This document shows positions 32,532 to 45,200 of a stretch of 64,000 bases of DNA, one piece after another. A program made the position numbers and the translations under genes. Source of the stretch: Asterias rubens (Eukaryota); NCBI RefSeq assembly GCF_902459465.1, contig NC_047077.1, positions 10,416,001 through 10,480,000 of the forward strand, given 5' to 3'. Numbering within the stretch: position 1 is the first letter of the stretch; the number at the start of each line of letters is the position of its first letter. The notes under the pieces are model-generated. The model was not told where the DNA came from and searched no databases. It worked only from the letters and a program-made list of their open reading frames with translations.

Positions 32532-32842
32532 CTGTCCTGCTCTGTCCTGCCCTGTTTAACTGTAACCTGGTGGACTCTAGCCCTCTGGAATTACAATCCA
32601 CAACAGCGCACAATCTGCACTCCGCTGTGTTTTAGACAAAGATCAGTAATGTGCTTTTTATTAAGTTAACAATAACGACATGTTTATGTCTTGGTTTGTA
32701 ATTGCTGTGGCTTTGGGCACACTATCTTTGACATAATAATATGCTCTGCTGACGACGGTTTGGTTTTGGGTTTGTACACATGCAAGGGTAATAGAAGTAC
32801 CATTATAAGCAACGCTACGTGTGACCACCATTATGAGTTTAA

Positions 32843-33219
32843 AGGCAGTGGACACTTTTGGTAATTACTCAAAATAATTATTAGCATAAAACCTTTCTTG
32901 GTGACGAGTAATGGGGAGAGGTTGATGGTATAAAACATTGTGAGAAACAGCGCCCTCTGAAGTGCCTTAGTTTTCGAGAAAGAAGTAATTTTCCACGAAC
33001 TTGATTTCGAGACCTCAGATTTAGAACTTAAAGTCTCGAAATCAACCATCTAAACGCACACAACTTCGTGTGACAAGGTTTTTTTTTTTTCATTATTATC
33101 TCGCAAGTTCGATGACCAATTGAGCTCAAATTTTCCCAGGTTTGTTATTTTATGCATATGTTGAGATACACCAACTGTGAAGGCTAGTCTTTGACAATTA
33201 CCAATATTGTCCACTGCCT
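32843..33219. mobile_element. Kolobok-like MITE family A, full length, reverse
   Basis: TTAA-aggcagtggacac...ccactgcct. Confidence 0.9.
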
Positions 33220-33381
33220 GTTAAGTGATTAGTTAGTTCACCAACAGAAGAGAGTCCTGCAGTTTATTCTGAAAATATCAATAAGGAATAAAACGTGTGT
33301 AACCTTAACATAATAGTTTGGACAGTGTTACTTTGAAAACAAGTTTGAGTTGACTGTTTGAAAACCACCCAAGCCCCTTAA

Positions 33382-33735
33382 AGGTAGTAGACACTATTGG
33401 TAATTACTCAAAATAATTATCAGCATTAAACCTTACTTGATTATGAGTAATGGGGAGAGGTTGATAGTATACATTGTGAGAAACGGCTCACTCTGAGGTG
33501 ACGTAGTTTTCGAGAAAGAAGTAACTTTCCGAAAATTTGATTTCGAGACCTCAAGTTTAGAATTTGAGGTCTCGATATCAAGCATCTGAAAGCACACAAC
33601 TTTGTGTGACAAAGGTGTGTGGGTTTTTTTTTTTCACTTTTATCTCGCAACTCCGACGACTAATCGAGCTCAAATTTTCACAGGTTTGTTATTTTATGCA
33701 TATTTTGAGATACATTAAGTGAGAAGACTGGTCTT
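33382..33735. mobile_element. Kolobok-like MITE family A, reverse, one end truncated
   Basis: TTAA-aggtagtagacactattgg; body matches family A. Confidence 0.85.
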
Positions 33736-34094
33736 ATAAGCAAATTTGTTTGCTGTAAATAAAGGTTGCATGGAAGTTTACGAACCCTCTTATAAACACA
33801 GATTGCAAACGCGTGCTCAATATTCAACAAACGTCGAGAGCACTTACTCGGTAACCAACACGATGCCCTGCAAATATTATTTCTAACCTGTATGAAGTAA
33901 AATAAGTGGGTTGATTTTTTTGTTACTGGATAACAACTGAGGACACTCAAAGGTCAGCCACATACAGCGGCCTTTGGCCTCGAGCTCCTTTCACCCTGTT
34001 ACAATTGTCCAGGCCCTGTTTTAAAGAACGTTAGATTGCACATAAAAAAAAAATTGACTGACGCAGCGTCTGAACTTTAATCCCATTTTTTACA

Positions 34095-34263
34095 GGTGTG
34101 GCGGTTTCAGTCTTCCGCCGTGTTCAGTTTTACGGGACTCAGTACGGCACTAACAATTGACTACTTTCGCTTACTGTGCGCAGGCGTCGCATGACGTAAT
34201 GTTACCCGCCGTATTTGGTCATTCGGAAAACTCAACACGGCGGAAAGTTGAAATCGCCACACC
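34095..34263. mobile_element. Unclassified hairpin element
   Basis: ggtgtggcggtttcagtcttccgccgtgtt / aacacggcggaaagttgaaatcgccacacc. Confidence 0.6.
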
Positions 34264-34884
34264 GGTTTCCATGTCAGACCAAGCAATAGGCGTTTTTGAT
34301 GGGTTTTTTTTTCTTCTTCAAATATCGTGATAGTAACTGTGCATACCTGCTTGTCCCTTTAGTTCAAATAAATTTAGTTAAAGTTCGACAAACATCAACC
34401 GTCGGGCGAGAACCTTTGAGTCAATAATCTATATACATGTTTTTACATTACATTACTTTTAAATTATATTTACGCAAGATAAATGTCCAGGTAATTATGT
34501 TGATAACCGATTTTAAAATGCCGTGTTGCATCCGCAGTCCTGTTATTTGATGTGGTTGTACATGGACTTTTAAAACTGTGGAGCAATGTTCGTTTTGCGT
34601 TTTGCTGGCCACTGCTACAGGAGCAAAGATTAACCAGTGTCCAATATTGTTCTGTGGACCCCTGGGAGGAGGAAACCTGGTAGACCGACAATAACTTACC
34701 CTGACATTCTCAAAATGGACACGGGACTTGAATCAACAGATTTCAAGTCGGCAATGGGGGGAAAGGGAGGCTTGGGGAACCATCGTGATTCGAGGACACC
34801 ACTCGACTTTAAGCAAGCAAGCAATGTTCGTTTGTTCAACCCTTGTACGTAGAGTACACATAGCAAAATATCGCGGGTCGAAAG

Positions 34885-35165
34885 TTTAGTGACAAGTGAG
34901 AAACACAAATCGTGAAGATCACGGTTTTACATAAAACTTACACGATCTAATGATGATGATAGTAAAAAGCATCCCTTTAAGCATTTTTGTCTGAAATTTC
35001 ATATTTGATCTATGTTTCTCTTGTGACCCAGATGGCCGATCTGTGACCCAGATGGCCAAACTTCTACAGGTTTGGTTTGTCAGTTTATGTATATGGTGGA
35101 TTACATAAAGTGCTAAAACTGCCAGCAACTGTTTTGATAGCAAAAACCAATTCTGTCAGGTTCCT
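34885..35165. mobile_element. Kolobok-like MITE family H, partial
   Basis: Homologous to 50967-51357; ends caggttcct then tttaa. Confidence 0.7.
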
Positions 35166-35370
35166 TTTAAGTATGGCCTACTCGCAAAATAAATAATATA
35201 AACAAACTATTGTCTATGTAAAACTCAGTTCAGATTATTGTTTGATGAACTTGTATAGGCCTATGGGCTTCTGGGACAGTAAGGGCATTGGTTTTATCAC
35301 GCCTAACTAACTGAACATTCGAAAGAAATGTATTCTTGGGTGGGTTTTTTTCGGCCAAAATCACAATGCC

Positions 35371-35770
35371 GGTGTCGCATGCAATTATGTCCTCTGTGCA
35401 ATACTATCCGGAGGACATTATTGCATATGCAATAATGTTCGCCGGACAGTTTTGCATATGCAGTTGTGTCCGCCCCCGTGCAAAACCGCCCTTGCAGTAA
35501 ATTAAACACCCTTGGTCGACGGAACACGTTCGCTGTTTTTTGGGGGGTTTTTTTTCAAGCTAAATGTGTCATGAATGACATGGGAAATTTTCGGCCGTTG
35601 GGTATTCGGTGCAATCATTAAATACGTGAATATTCATGCTGCATAAACATACATGTACAGTCATGTACATGTCCGCCGGACGATATTTGCATAGCCCCGG
35701 ACACGATTGCATATGTAAAAGTGTCCGGAGCGGACAGTATTGCATGGCGGATACAATTGCAACTAACATC
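35371..35770. mobile_element. Non-autonomous element family J with long degenerate inverted ends
   Basis: ggtgtcgcatgcaattatgtcctc...; second copy at 63750-64000. Confidence 0.7.
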
Positions 35771-36224
35771 AGACGGCCACTTGGGCCACACTAAACTGGT
35801 TTTGGCTGTCGACCCAAATCAACCACCACATGGGGTTACGTTGCCACCTAGACTCAAATGGATACCCCAATTCACAGTCCATAGGCTAAGGATGAGGCAT
35901 TGGTATCTACTAGGAACATAACCCGGTAGAGATTAATACACTATAACATTATGATACCGGTGCATAATTAGTAGGCCTGGAATTTCACCTTTGATAGGGC
36001 AAGGCCATTTTCATTTTGCACAAAGGGCTCTTACATTTGAAGATCTTTGTGTCCATGGGAAACTTTTGAAGGGGCACCAAGGCCAATACCAGGGGCAACA
36101 CAGGCCATGGCCACATCATTGGCCCGTGTGTAATATATATTCCTGGCCAAAATTAGTGTATTGTAAAGCCTCCATTGTACATATTCTTCGTCTTCAGAGC
36201 CACTTCCGCCTGCCGTCCATCGCC

Positions 36225-39200
36225 ATGGATCTCCCGTTCGTAACGAGCACCCTAGCCCCCTTCGATGACAGCATAACGTGGATAGTTGCCGTTGCTTTCA
36301 TTATCTCCTTCGTACTGGCGTTTGGACTCGGAGCTAACGATGCCGCCAATTCATTCGGGACTGCTGTTGGTGCCAAGGTCTTCACCCTTACGCAGGTATG
36401 TGACCACTGGTCAGCTAGTCTTGATTTGCGACGTTCGTTTTGTTAAAGGCAGTGGACACTATTGGTAATTGTCAAAGACTAGCCTTCACAGTTGGTTTAT
36501 CTCAACATAAGCAAGTAACAAACCTGTGAAAATTTGAGCTCAATCGGTCATCGAACTTGCGAGATAATAATGAAAAAAAAAACACCCTTGTCACATGAAG
36601 TTGTGTGCGTTTAGATGGTTGATTTCGAGACCTCAAGTTCTAAATCTGAGGTCTCGAAATCAAGTTCGTGGAAAATTAAAACTATGGCACTTCAGAGGGA
36701 GCCGTTTCTCACAATGTTTTATACCATCAACCTCTCCCAATTACTCGTCACCAAGTAAGGTTATATGCCAATAATTATTTTGAGTAATTACCAATAGTGT
36801 CCACTGCCTTTAAACGTAGTTGTCGATATCGTAACACGAATTGCTGTCCGCATCAAAGATTATGCGGGGAGAAAAGATCACTCAACCATCTAGATCAAAA
36901 TTATCTGTTTTGATCCAGTTCTTCTGGGTCAGCGTATTTTTTTTTCTTCAGATGTAGCGCTATATACCGGTGACTAATACAACAGAAGACTACTGGTCAG
37001 CTAGCATGCAATCGAGAATCCACATTTTCTTCATTTGAAAATAATAACATATAAGTTATGATATAATACTATCAGTAAAGTTATGATATTGTTTACAAAA
37101 CTTTCCCTGAGATGTCCACCACTCACTGCATGTAATTCGCAATGGTGCAGCTATCTAAAATGTTCATCAAAATTAATGCCACGCTTTCACACTAAAGTCA
37201 TTACAAACTTCCATAAGAAATGGGTCAAACCAGTTATTTTATGACCATTTCTACTCTTCACAATTCTCCATCGATCATCAACAATTCTATCTATTCATAA
37301 CAACTTTATATTGATTGAGAGTTATTATCTATCAATTCTCTATCGAACTCTCAACGATTCTCAACAATTCTCTTTCGATTTTCAACAGGCCCTTATCTTA
37401 GCCTCTGTCTTTGAAATGATCGGTGCAATCGCCCTAGGTGCCAGAGTGGCGGATACCGTACGAAGCGGATTGTTCGACCCAGAGCTCTACAATGGGCATG
37501 AGGAACTGCTGATGGTTGGCCAGTTATCTGCATTAACCTGTAAGTGTTTGGGCTAGGGGGACCTTGTCACTACAGGCAATTTGCGGGCAACATGTTCCTA
37601 GCAATCCCTCAGAAAAATAAGCTTGTCTGTAGGCCTATACCATGTATGAAAGAAGCATAGTTTTCGAGAAAGAAGTAATTTTCCACGAATTTGATTTTGA
37701 GACCTCAGATTTAGAACTTGAGGTCTCGAAATCAAGCATCAGAGAGCACACAACTTCTTGTAACAAGGGTGTTTTTTCTTCCATTATTATCCCGCAACTT
37801 CGACGACCGACTGAGCTCAAATGTTCACAGTTTTTTTTTTGTATAATGTTGAGATACACCGCGTGAGAAGACTGGTCTTTGACGATTACCAATAGTGTCC
37901 ACTGCCTTTAAGCGAATTTAACGAAACAAGTCAAACATGCAGGCTATTGTTCAAATAAGTGAGTTATCGGAGCCTTCTTAAAAGCATCCAATGAAGGGGA
38001 GCATGCAGCAGATGCACTGTGGAAGCTCATTCCAGAGACGAGGTAGACTACATGTGCCTGGAATGCATGGTCACTAAACTGTGCTGTATGTTCTTGGTGC
38101 ATGGGGTTGAGCGGAGTCCTGGGCCCAATTTCATGGCTCTGCTTACCGTAAGCAAAGAACCGGCGCTTACGGAAACAGGGAATTCCGTACTTACAGCAAG
38201 CGTATTTCACGGGTTAGCGGCGAACTACGCTTGCGTACTCAACGTTACCAGGCATTATACGCTTACAAGGCTAGCGCAGAAATTCGGCGCTTGCGCGTAA
38301 GCGGGGACTCGTGATCGTAAGCACGGAATTCGGCGGTAAGCAGAGCCATGAAATTGGGTCCCGGTCTACCAGAGTGATGTGGAACGATGACAGAGCCAGA
38401 TAAGTTGGAGCTTTGTTTTGAAGACACTTGAGCATATGCAGTCAGAAATTTGAATAATTATACGTTGCCTGATTAGAAACCAAAAGTAATTGCTTCAGCA
38501 AAGGAGTAACGTGAACTTATTCTTTCCTGGCCCTTTAGACTATATATTTTAGTATCCTTTTAGTTTTAGTATAACATTTTTTCATTCATTTCATTTATTG
38601 TATTTTTGTGTTGTTTCCATTATTAGCTGCGTGTATCTGGTTGATGATTGCCACGATTATTGGTATCCCAGTGTCTGCATCACACAGCATCGTGGGTGCT
38701 TCATTGGGTTTCCATCTCGTATTGTTCAGCGGTGAGGGCGTCGACTGGTTTGTTATCGCCAAAATAGGTCAGTTAATAAGAATGGTTAAAGTTATTTTTT
38801 AATCTCGAGCACATTAGTGTTAGATTTATATCAAAATGGTTTACTATCTAAAATAAAATAAACATTTTGGTTCATTTTTCAAAGATAAAGAGTTGATCAA
38901 AGGGGGGTTCCACGATTAGATGTGGGCGGTAAAGCATTACATAATACATCGATGTTTGGACTTGACAACTTGGTCCATAATAATATTAATAATAACCGTA
39001 TGTACAATGCGCCTTTTCCAATGGATACCAGAGCGCCTAGTATTTTTCACTGCAAGGTGAGTGGGATGAACTTTTTGAAATTATGAGACCTAATCCTAAG
39101 CAAACCATGTAATGGTTTACAAGATGCTACGGCGCATTCAGCAGCCACAGCCAGGAACACTGGGGCGAACCCCTTCTCTTTTCGATAAGTGCACTGGGTT

Positions 39201-42200
39201 CTTTTACATGCGTTACACAACACATGGGCCAACGGCTTTACGTCCGCCATCCGAAGGACGAAGCAAGTGTCTTGCTTAAAGACACAAGCGTCACGGCTGG
39301 GGATTTGAACCCACACTCTACTGATCAGAAACACCAGAGTTTGAATTCGGTGTTCTTAGCCGCTGGGCCACGACACTTCCGCACTTCAATGTAGGAACTT
39401 GAAAAAAACTGTGTGGACTTACGTCCACACAGTGTTTAAACAGGGTTGAAGAACATGGGTTTATGTTAAGTACAGACAAAAGAATGTCCACAAAGTGTAT
39501 GTATCGTGGAACTATGGGTGTTCATTGAGATTTATTGGGGGTGTTGATAAGCACAGATTCTTATCAAGTGTTTCTGAAAAATTTATCTTGGAAAATAACT
39601 CTTTTTGTTTAACTTTCAGTTATTTCTTGGGTCGCATCGCCGGTACTGTCTGGTATTATCTCATGTACTATCTACTTCATCTTAAAATATACCATGCTGG
39701 ACAGAGTAAGTATAGTTTGGTCGATGATTTCTAAAATAAATAGGCCGTTGTGGCAGGAGATTCTAGATATTTTTTATTTCTTCAAGGGAAGAAGTTTATT
39801 GATAAAAATCTGTTAAGGATTAAAAATAAAAATAAACGTCATCAAGAGTTTAAAAATATACTATTGTTATGTGTAGCCTTGTTTTATTGTGTTATTGTGT
39901 ATACTGTATACTACCGGCTTAAAAAAAATAGAAAAACATGTAATTTTCGTTGCTGGGAAGGGGAAAAAACCCCACCTACCTACCTACCCTATTTTGGGGG
40001 GCCCCTACGCCAACATAACATTTTTGTTTTTTGACTTTGTTATAGTTAGTCATTTAAGTGATACATTTTATTTGCAATGTAGGTATCTAGCCCTTCGTTG
40101 GTGGTCTTCCTATGTTATTGTGTCATTATCTTGTTTTCTCAGTTTGCACACACAAAGAATATCAAATCAAAGTAACTTGGCGGCTTGTTTCGCAGAGACG
40201 ATTATACTTGGTTTTTTGTTTGTTTTATGTTCACAGAAAGACGAGCTCAAATGGGGCTTAATGGGGATACCGTTCTGGTATTTCTTTGTGGTTTTTATAA
40301 ACGTCTTCTCCATTTTCCTTGGAGTTCCCCAAGGTGAGTAAATGGTCTTATCTTTCTTATGTGTGGATCAGTAAGAAGTGTATAATGACTAATAAGAATG
40401 TATGACTAGAGCAAGCTAGTCGAAACGTTGAGACCAATTCAGAATTGACTCCGCGGCAGTACAGTTAATTACGATCCTATAAGCTAAAGTAGTAGTCCAG
40501 TCTAATTTCTATACCATCCGCCCTGGTAATAGTTAAAAAACATGACAGTTCTTTTCAGAACTGAGAAGTCTCCCGAACCTCCGAGTATCTACTCCACGGC
40601 AGTAGAATAAAGCAAGACAGTTCCCTAAGAACAACTCTACTTGGCAAGTAGATACACACATGGTGTTACCGCAAACCAAATATACATTGATACTTCACCA
40701 TGCAATACCTCAAATCATATAGACTAATAAGAAAGTCATAATAAATTAATGTTTAAGTACATGACTGATGTAGAACACATTCAAAGATCAATTTTACTTT
40801 AAAAACGTCCGCGTCCTTGGGCCTGGCCCTGCCCTATACAGGACTCTTCCTCTGTATACACGGTAGTATAATACGATAAAACGAAAGTGGAAGGCCGACA
40901 GAGTTAGACCTGGTCCATGTTAAGTTCAGTGTGACCCGGAATATGTGTCAAAATTCCCCAGATATCGGTTAAAAATCGTTATTTACACCACTTCCCAGGT
41001 CAGCATTTTACCCAGAAATGGGATACAGCGTTGTAAGAGCTTCTTAATCAAACTATGACAATGTTTGCCAAAAAAAAAAGACAAAATGGTAATATTCTGC
41101 CACAAAGCATATCCAGTGTCCAGTGTATCTTTGACGAAGAAGATATAACCTTTGAGATTAGCGACGACTCTATTTATGTGAGTTTAATAATCAACTTTAG
41201 GAATTGTTTCTTCTCCGATTCACAGTTGCTGAAAGTACCGTTCTGGGTCCATGGCTGCCAGTCATTATCGCTTTTACTACAGGGTTTTGGGTCAGTGTCG
41301 GTGTTGTTATATTCTTAATCCCGTACACGAGAAAGAGAGCTCTGGGTAAGTCAAGCATCTTTTAAAGGCAGTTACTCAAAATAATTGTTAGCATAAAACC
41401 TTACTTGGTAATGAGTAATGGAGAGCTGTTTGTAATTACTCAAAATAATTATTAGCATAAAACCTTACTTGGTAATGAGAAATGGAGAGCTGTTTGTAAT
41501 TACTCAAAATAATTATTAGCATAAAACCTTACTTGGTAATGAGTAATGGAGAGCTGTTTGTAATTACTCAAAATAATTATTAGCATAAAACCTTACTTGG
41601 TAATGAGAAATGGAGAGCTGTTTGTAATTACTCAAAATAATTATTAGCATAAAACCTTACTTGGTAATGAGTAATGGAGAGCTGTTTGTAATTACTCAAA
41701 ATAATTGTTAGCATAAAACCTTACTTGGTAATGAGTAATGGAGAGCTGTTTGTAATTACTCAAAATAATTATTAGCATAAAACCTTACTTGGTAATGAGA
41801 AATGGAGAGCTGTTTGTAATTACTCAAAATAATTATTAGCATAAAACCTTACTTGGTAATGAGTAATGGAGAGCTGTTTGTAATTACTCAAAATAATTAT
41901 TAGCACAAAACCTTACTTGGTAATGAGTAATGGAGAGCTATTGCTAGTGTAAAACATTGTGAGAAACGGCTCCCTCTGAAGTTAACGTAGTTTTCGAGGA
42001 AGATGTTATTTTCCACGAATTGGATTTCGGGACCTCAGATTTAGAATTTTGGGTCTCGAAATCAAGCATCTGAAAGCACACAACATCGTATGACAAGGTT
42101 GTTTTTATTTCATTAATATCTCGCAACTTCGACGACCGATTGAGCTCAAATTTTCACAAGTTAGTTATTTTATGCATATGTTGATATACACCAAGAGAGA

Positions 42201-45200
42201 AGACTGTTCTTTGACAATTACCAATAGTGTCCAGCATGCCTGGTGTCCAGTGTCTTTTAAAAGAAAACTTATGTCAAGAGGATTACCGAATGGTATTGAT
42301 ACCAATCTGTTTCGAAACCCTATCTTCTTCGAAGCATTCAATGAATATGTCAGAAAGATAGTCATGGTTTGTCTTCCAACACAGTGAACAACGACAGGGA
42401 TTGTTGTTGGCCCACGGCCAAGGCGCAGTGTAAATCGCATTTGATTTGCTCTGTTAAAAATGTGCTATCTGTGTTTATAACCCAAACTTAAACCTACAAG
42501 TGTATTGCCAAATCTTTCAATTTTGGTCTATATTGATCGATAGTCGTTTCCATTGATTTATTTGACCAGCTGCCGAGGATTTAATCAAAACAACTGAAGG
42601 TAGAGTTGGATATGACAACATGGGCCTTGATGAAGGAATTGTAGAAATTAAGAATGGTAAGTCTCTTTATTTACAAATTTTCACACAACTTGGTGAAAAA
42701 CCATTTGAGGGTTTAAACAACTTGTACGGGAGTTGGGTACTTTTTGTCACACAAAACACAATGTCCACAGTTTTACATTAAACTTACACCGTTTGAAGAT
42801 ACAGATAGTAGAAAGCGTACCTTAAAATATTTGATGCTGAGGAGCTGTAGTTTTTGAGAAATGAGTAGAAAAATGTCATGAAAATACGTTTTGACATGCT
42901 AAAATAATTTTCGTCATATTTATTTATGATCAGTGAGACGAAAATTATTTTCATGACATGGTTTTACTCATTACCCCAAAACTACAGCACCTCAGCAACT
43001 AATATTTCCAGGGAAGCTTTCTACTAGCATGATCTTCAAACTGTGTAAGTTTAGTGTAAATCTGTGGGCATTGTGTTTTGTGTCCTACAAAAAGTACATA
43101 GACCCTTTAAGCAAAGGCAGGGCAGTATTGCATCAATGGTGGTATTTCTTGTTTAATTTTAGATTTTTGGTTTACCCTTAGAGACCATTTTGTCTCTGTA
43201 TGATGATCATTAAACGCCCAAACAATACTCTTGTTGATTTTTGCACTGATATTTCAAGAAATAAATCAGGGAAATTATTTAGAAACAGAAATACACGGGT
43301 TTGTTTTAAAAGATTTACATTCTATGAATTTGGTTTATACTGTCATATACAAGGTCTTGAAATACACTCAGGTGAATAATCATGTTTCAGAATCGTATAC
43401 TCCAAGGAACCCCGACGAAGATAACGGTGCGGGTGCGAGCACTGACCGTGCCCGAGAAAATCAACAAAACACGGGGGACAGTGAAGCCGACAGCCCCGGC
43501 ACGTTCTCGAATGGTGGTGTCACGGCAGAAGCAAAGGGTAGGCACACTCGAAAATTGTACGCTCGATTCCATTGGGGATTGCGTCCAAAACAGTGGGAAG
43601 TGCGGTAGATGGGGTTTGAGCTGTTGTAAGCTCTATTCCACGAGGGACTGTTAGAGCGGAAGGCAAAGTGGTAGGTATAGATGGTCTGCCTACAGGTGCA
43701 ATTCGAGGCGGAGGTCGCCCTTAGCTGTACCGTATAGACAATGTGACAGTGGAGTGGTATAAGTGAAGTAGAGCTGAGAAGAGCAGCGATTGAAAGAGAA
43801 CATGTGATTGCAACGACTCCAGGAGTGCGCCCCCCCCCCCCATTACAATTATGAGGATGAGGCGGCCACGGACCCAAGTTGTTGCCGAGTGATGATGAAG
43901 CTCTTCTCTCAGACCATAACCCTAAACCGTATACGTTAAAAAATATTAGGATTACGTAATTATTATGAACTGAGTTTTACTTTCGACATCCTCACAGAAA
44001 GCGTTGAGGTGGACGTTGACGACACCAAGGAGATTATCGAGACGGGCAAAGACTCTGACGACTGGAAGTCCGTGAAGGACACACCCACAGTGACTAAGAT
44101 CTGCGCTCCACTGCAGGGTATCTCGGCTTGCTTCGCTGCCTTCTCGCACGGTGGAAACGATGTCAGGTGAGACATGTGATAAGTTATTGTTAGTGAACGC
44201 AAGTGCGCCCTCAATGTTACTGTGTGAAGCACATTTCTTATTTAATGCATAAATCTATCCCTGGAGGGTTCTGTCACTCACACGGGAAATTCACAAGCCT
44301 GAAGGAGTATGATTCAAAAGAGGGCGCTATCAAAAGAAGTTTGTACACAGTTTGCCGTTAGGGAGGGGGGGGCGCATAATCTCCTGCCACACCGTCTCCT
44401 TCCAGTGCCTCTACGTTAATGAACTTGAAGAAGTCCTTTTGCCATAGCACCAGGTTATTGGTTAACAAAGTGCTGTTCCGCAATGCTGTGGCGCAATATG
44501 CTGCACATCCAACATGGAACACCGGGGCGAACCCCTTTCGAAACCCTTTTTTCGATAAGTGTGTTTTACGTGCGTTACACAACACACGGGACTCGCGGCT
44601 TTACGTCTCATCCGAAGGATGAAGCATCAGGATTAAGTGTCTTGCTTGGACCATGTGCCAAGACTGGGACTTGAATCCACACGCTGCTGAGCAGAAACAC
44701 AATAGCTTGAGTCCGATGCTGCTCTTAACCGCTTGAGCAATACACAGGCTAATTTATAGACTGTAGTGTTCAAATATTAAATACATTGTTAGCGCAACTT
44801 CAAATCTCGCTCCCATCCATCCCGCAGTAACGCCATCGGGCCGTTGGTGGGGCTATACCTCATCTACGAGAATGGGAGAATAACACAAGACTCGACCCCA
44901 ATCTGGATCCTCATTTATGGCAGCGTGGGTATTGCAATCGGTCTGTTCGTCCTGGGAAGGAGGGTGATACAGACTGTGGGCACTGAGTTGACTCCGATTA
45001 CGCCATCTACGTAAGTTACAAGTTCACAATGTTCTCACTATTTTTTGCTTTTCAATGTGTATGGATGACCGAAATTGGTTAATTTGATACAGTACAATTG
45101 AACAAACATCTATTTTCTACTATTGTCACGTTTTCCTTGCTTGTGCGCAACTGTAAGAACTCCACAAAGTATCTTTATTGTTGGAGCATGCGCCATAAGC

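Noticed and set aside
40395-40440. Penelope-type hammerhead ribozyme (gactag-agcaag-ctagtc-GAAAC)
   Set aside because: A stem II and GAAA are present, but there is no CUGANGA core and no stem I partner.
41366-41943. CRISPR-like regular array
   Set aside because: The units are contiguous with no unique spacers, derive from a MITE, and sit in a eukaryotic intron with no cas genes.
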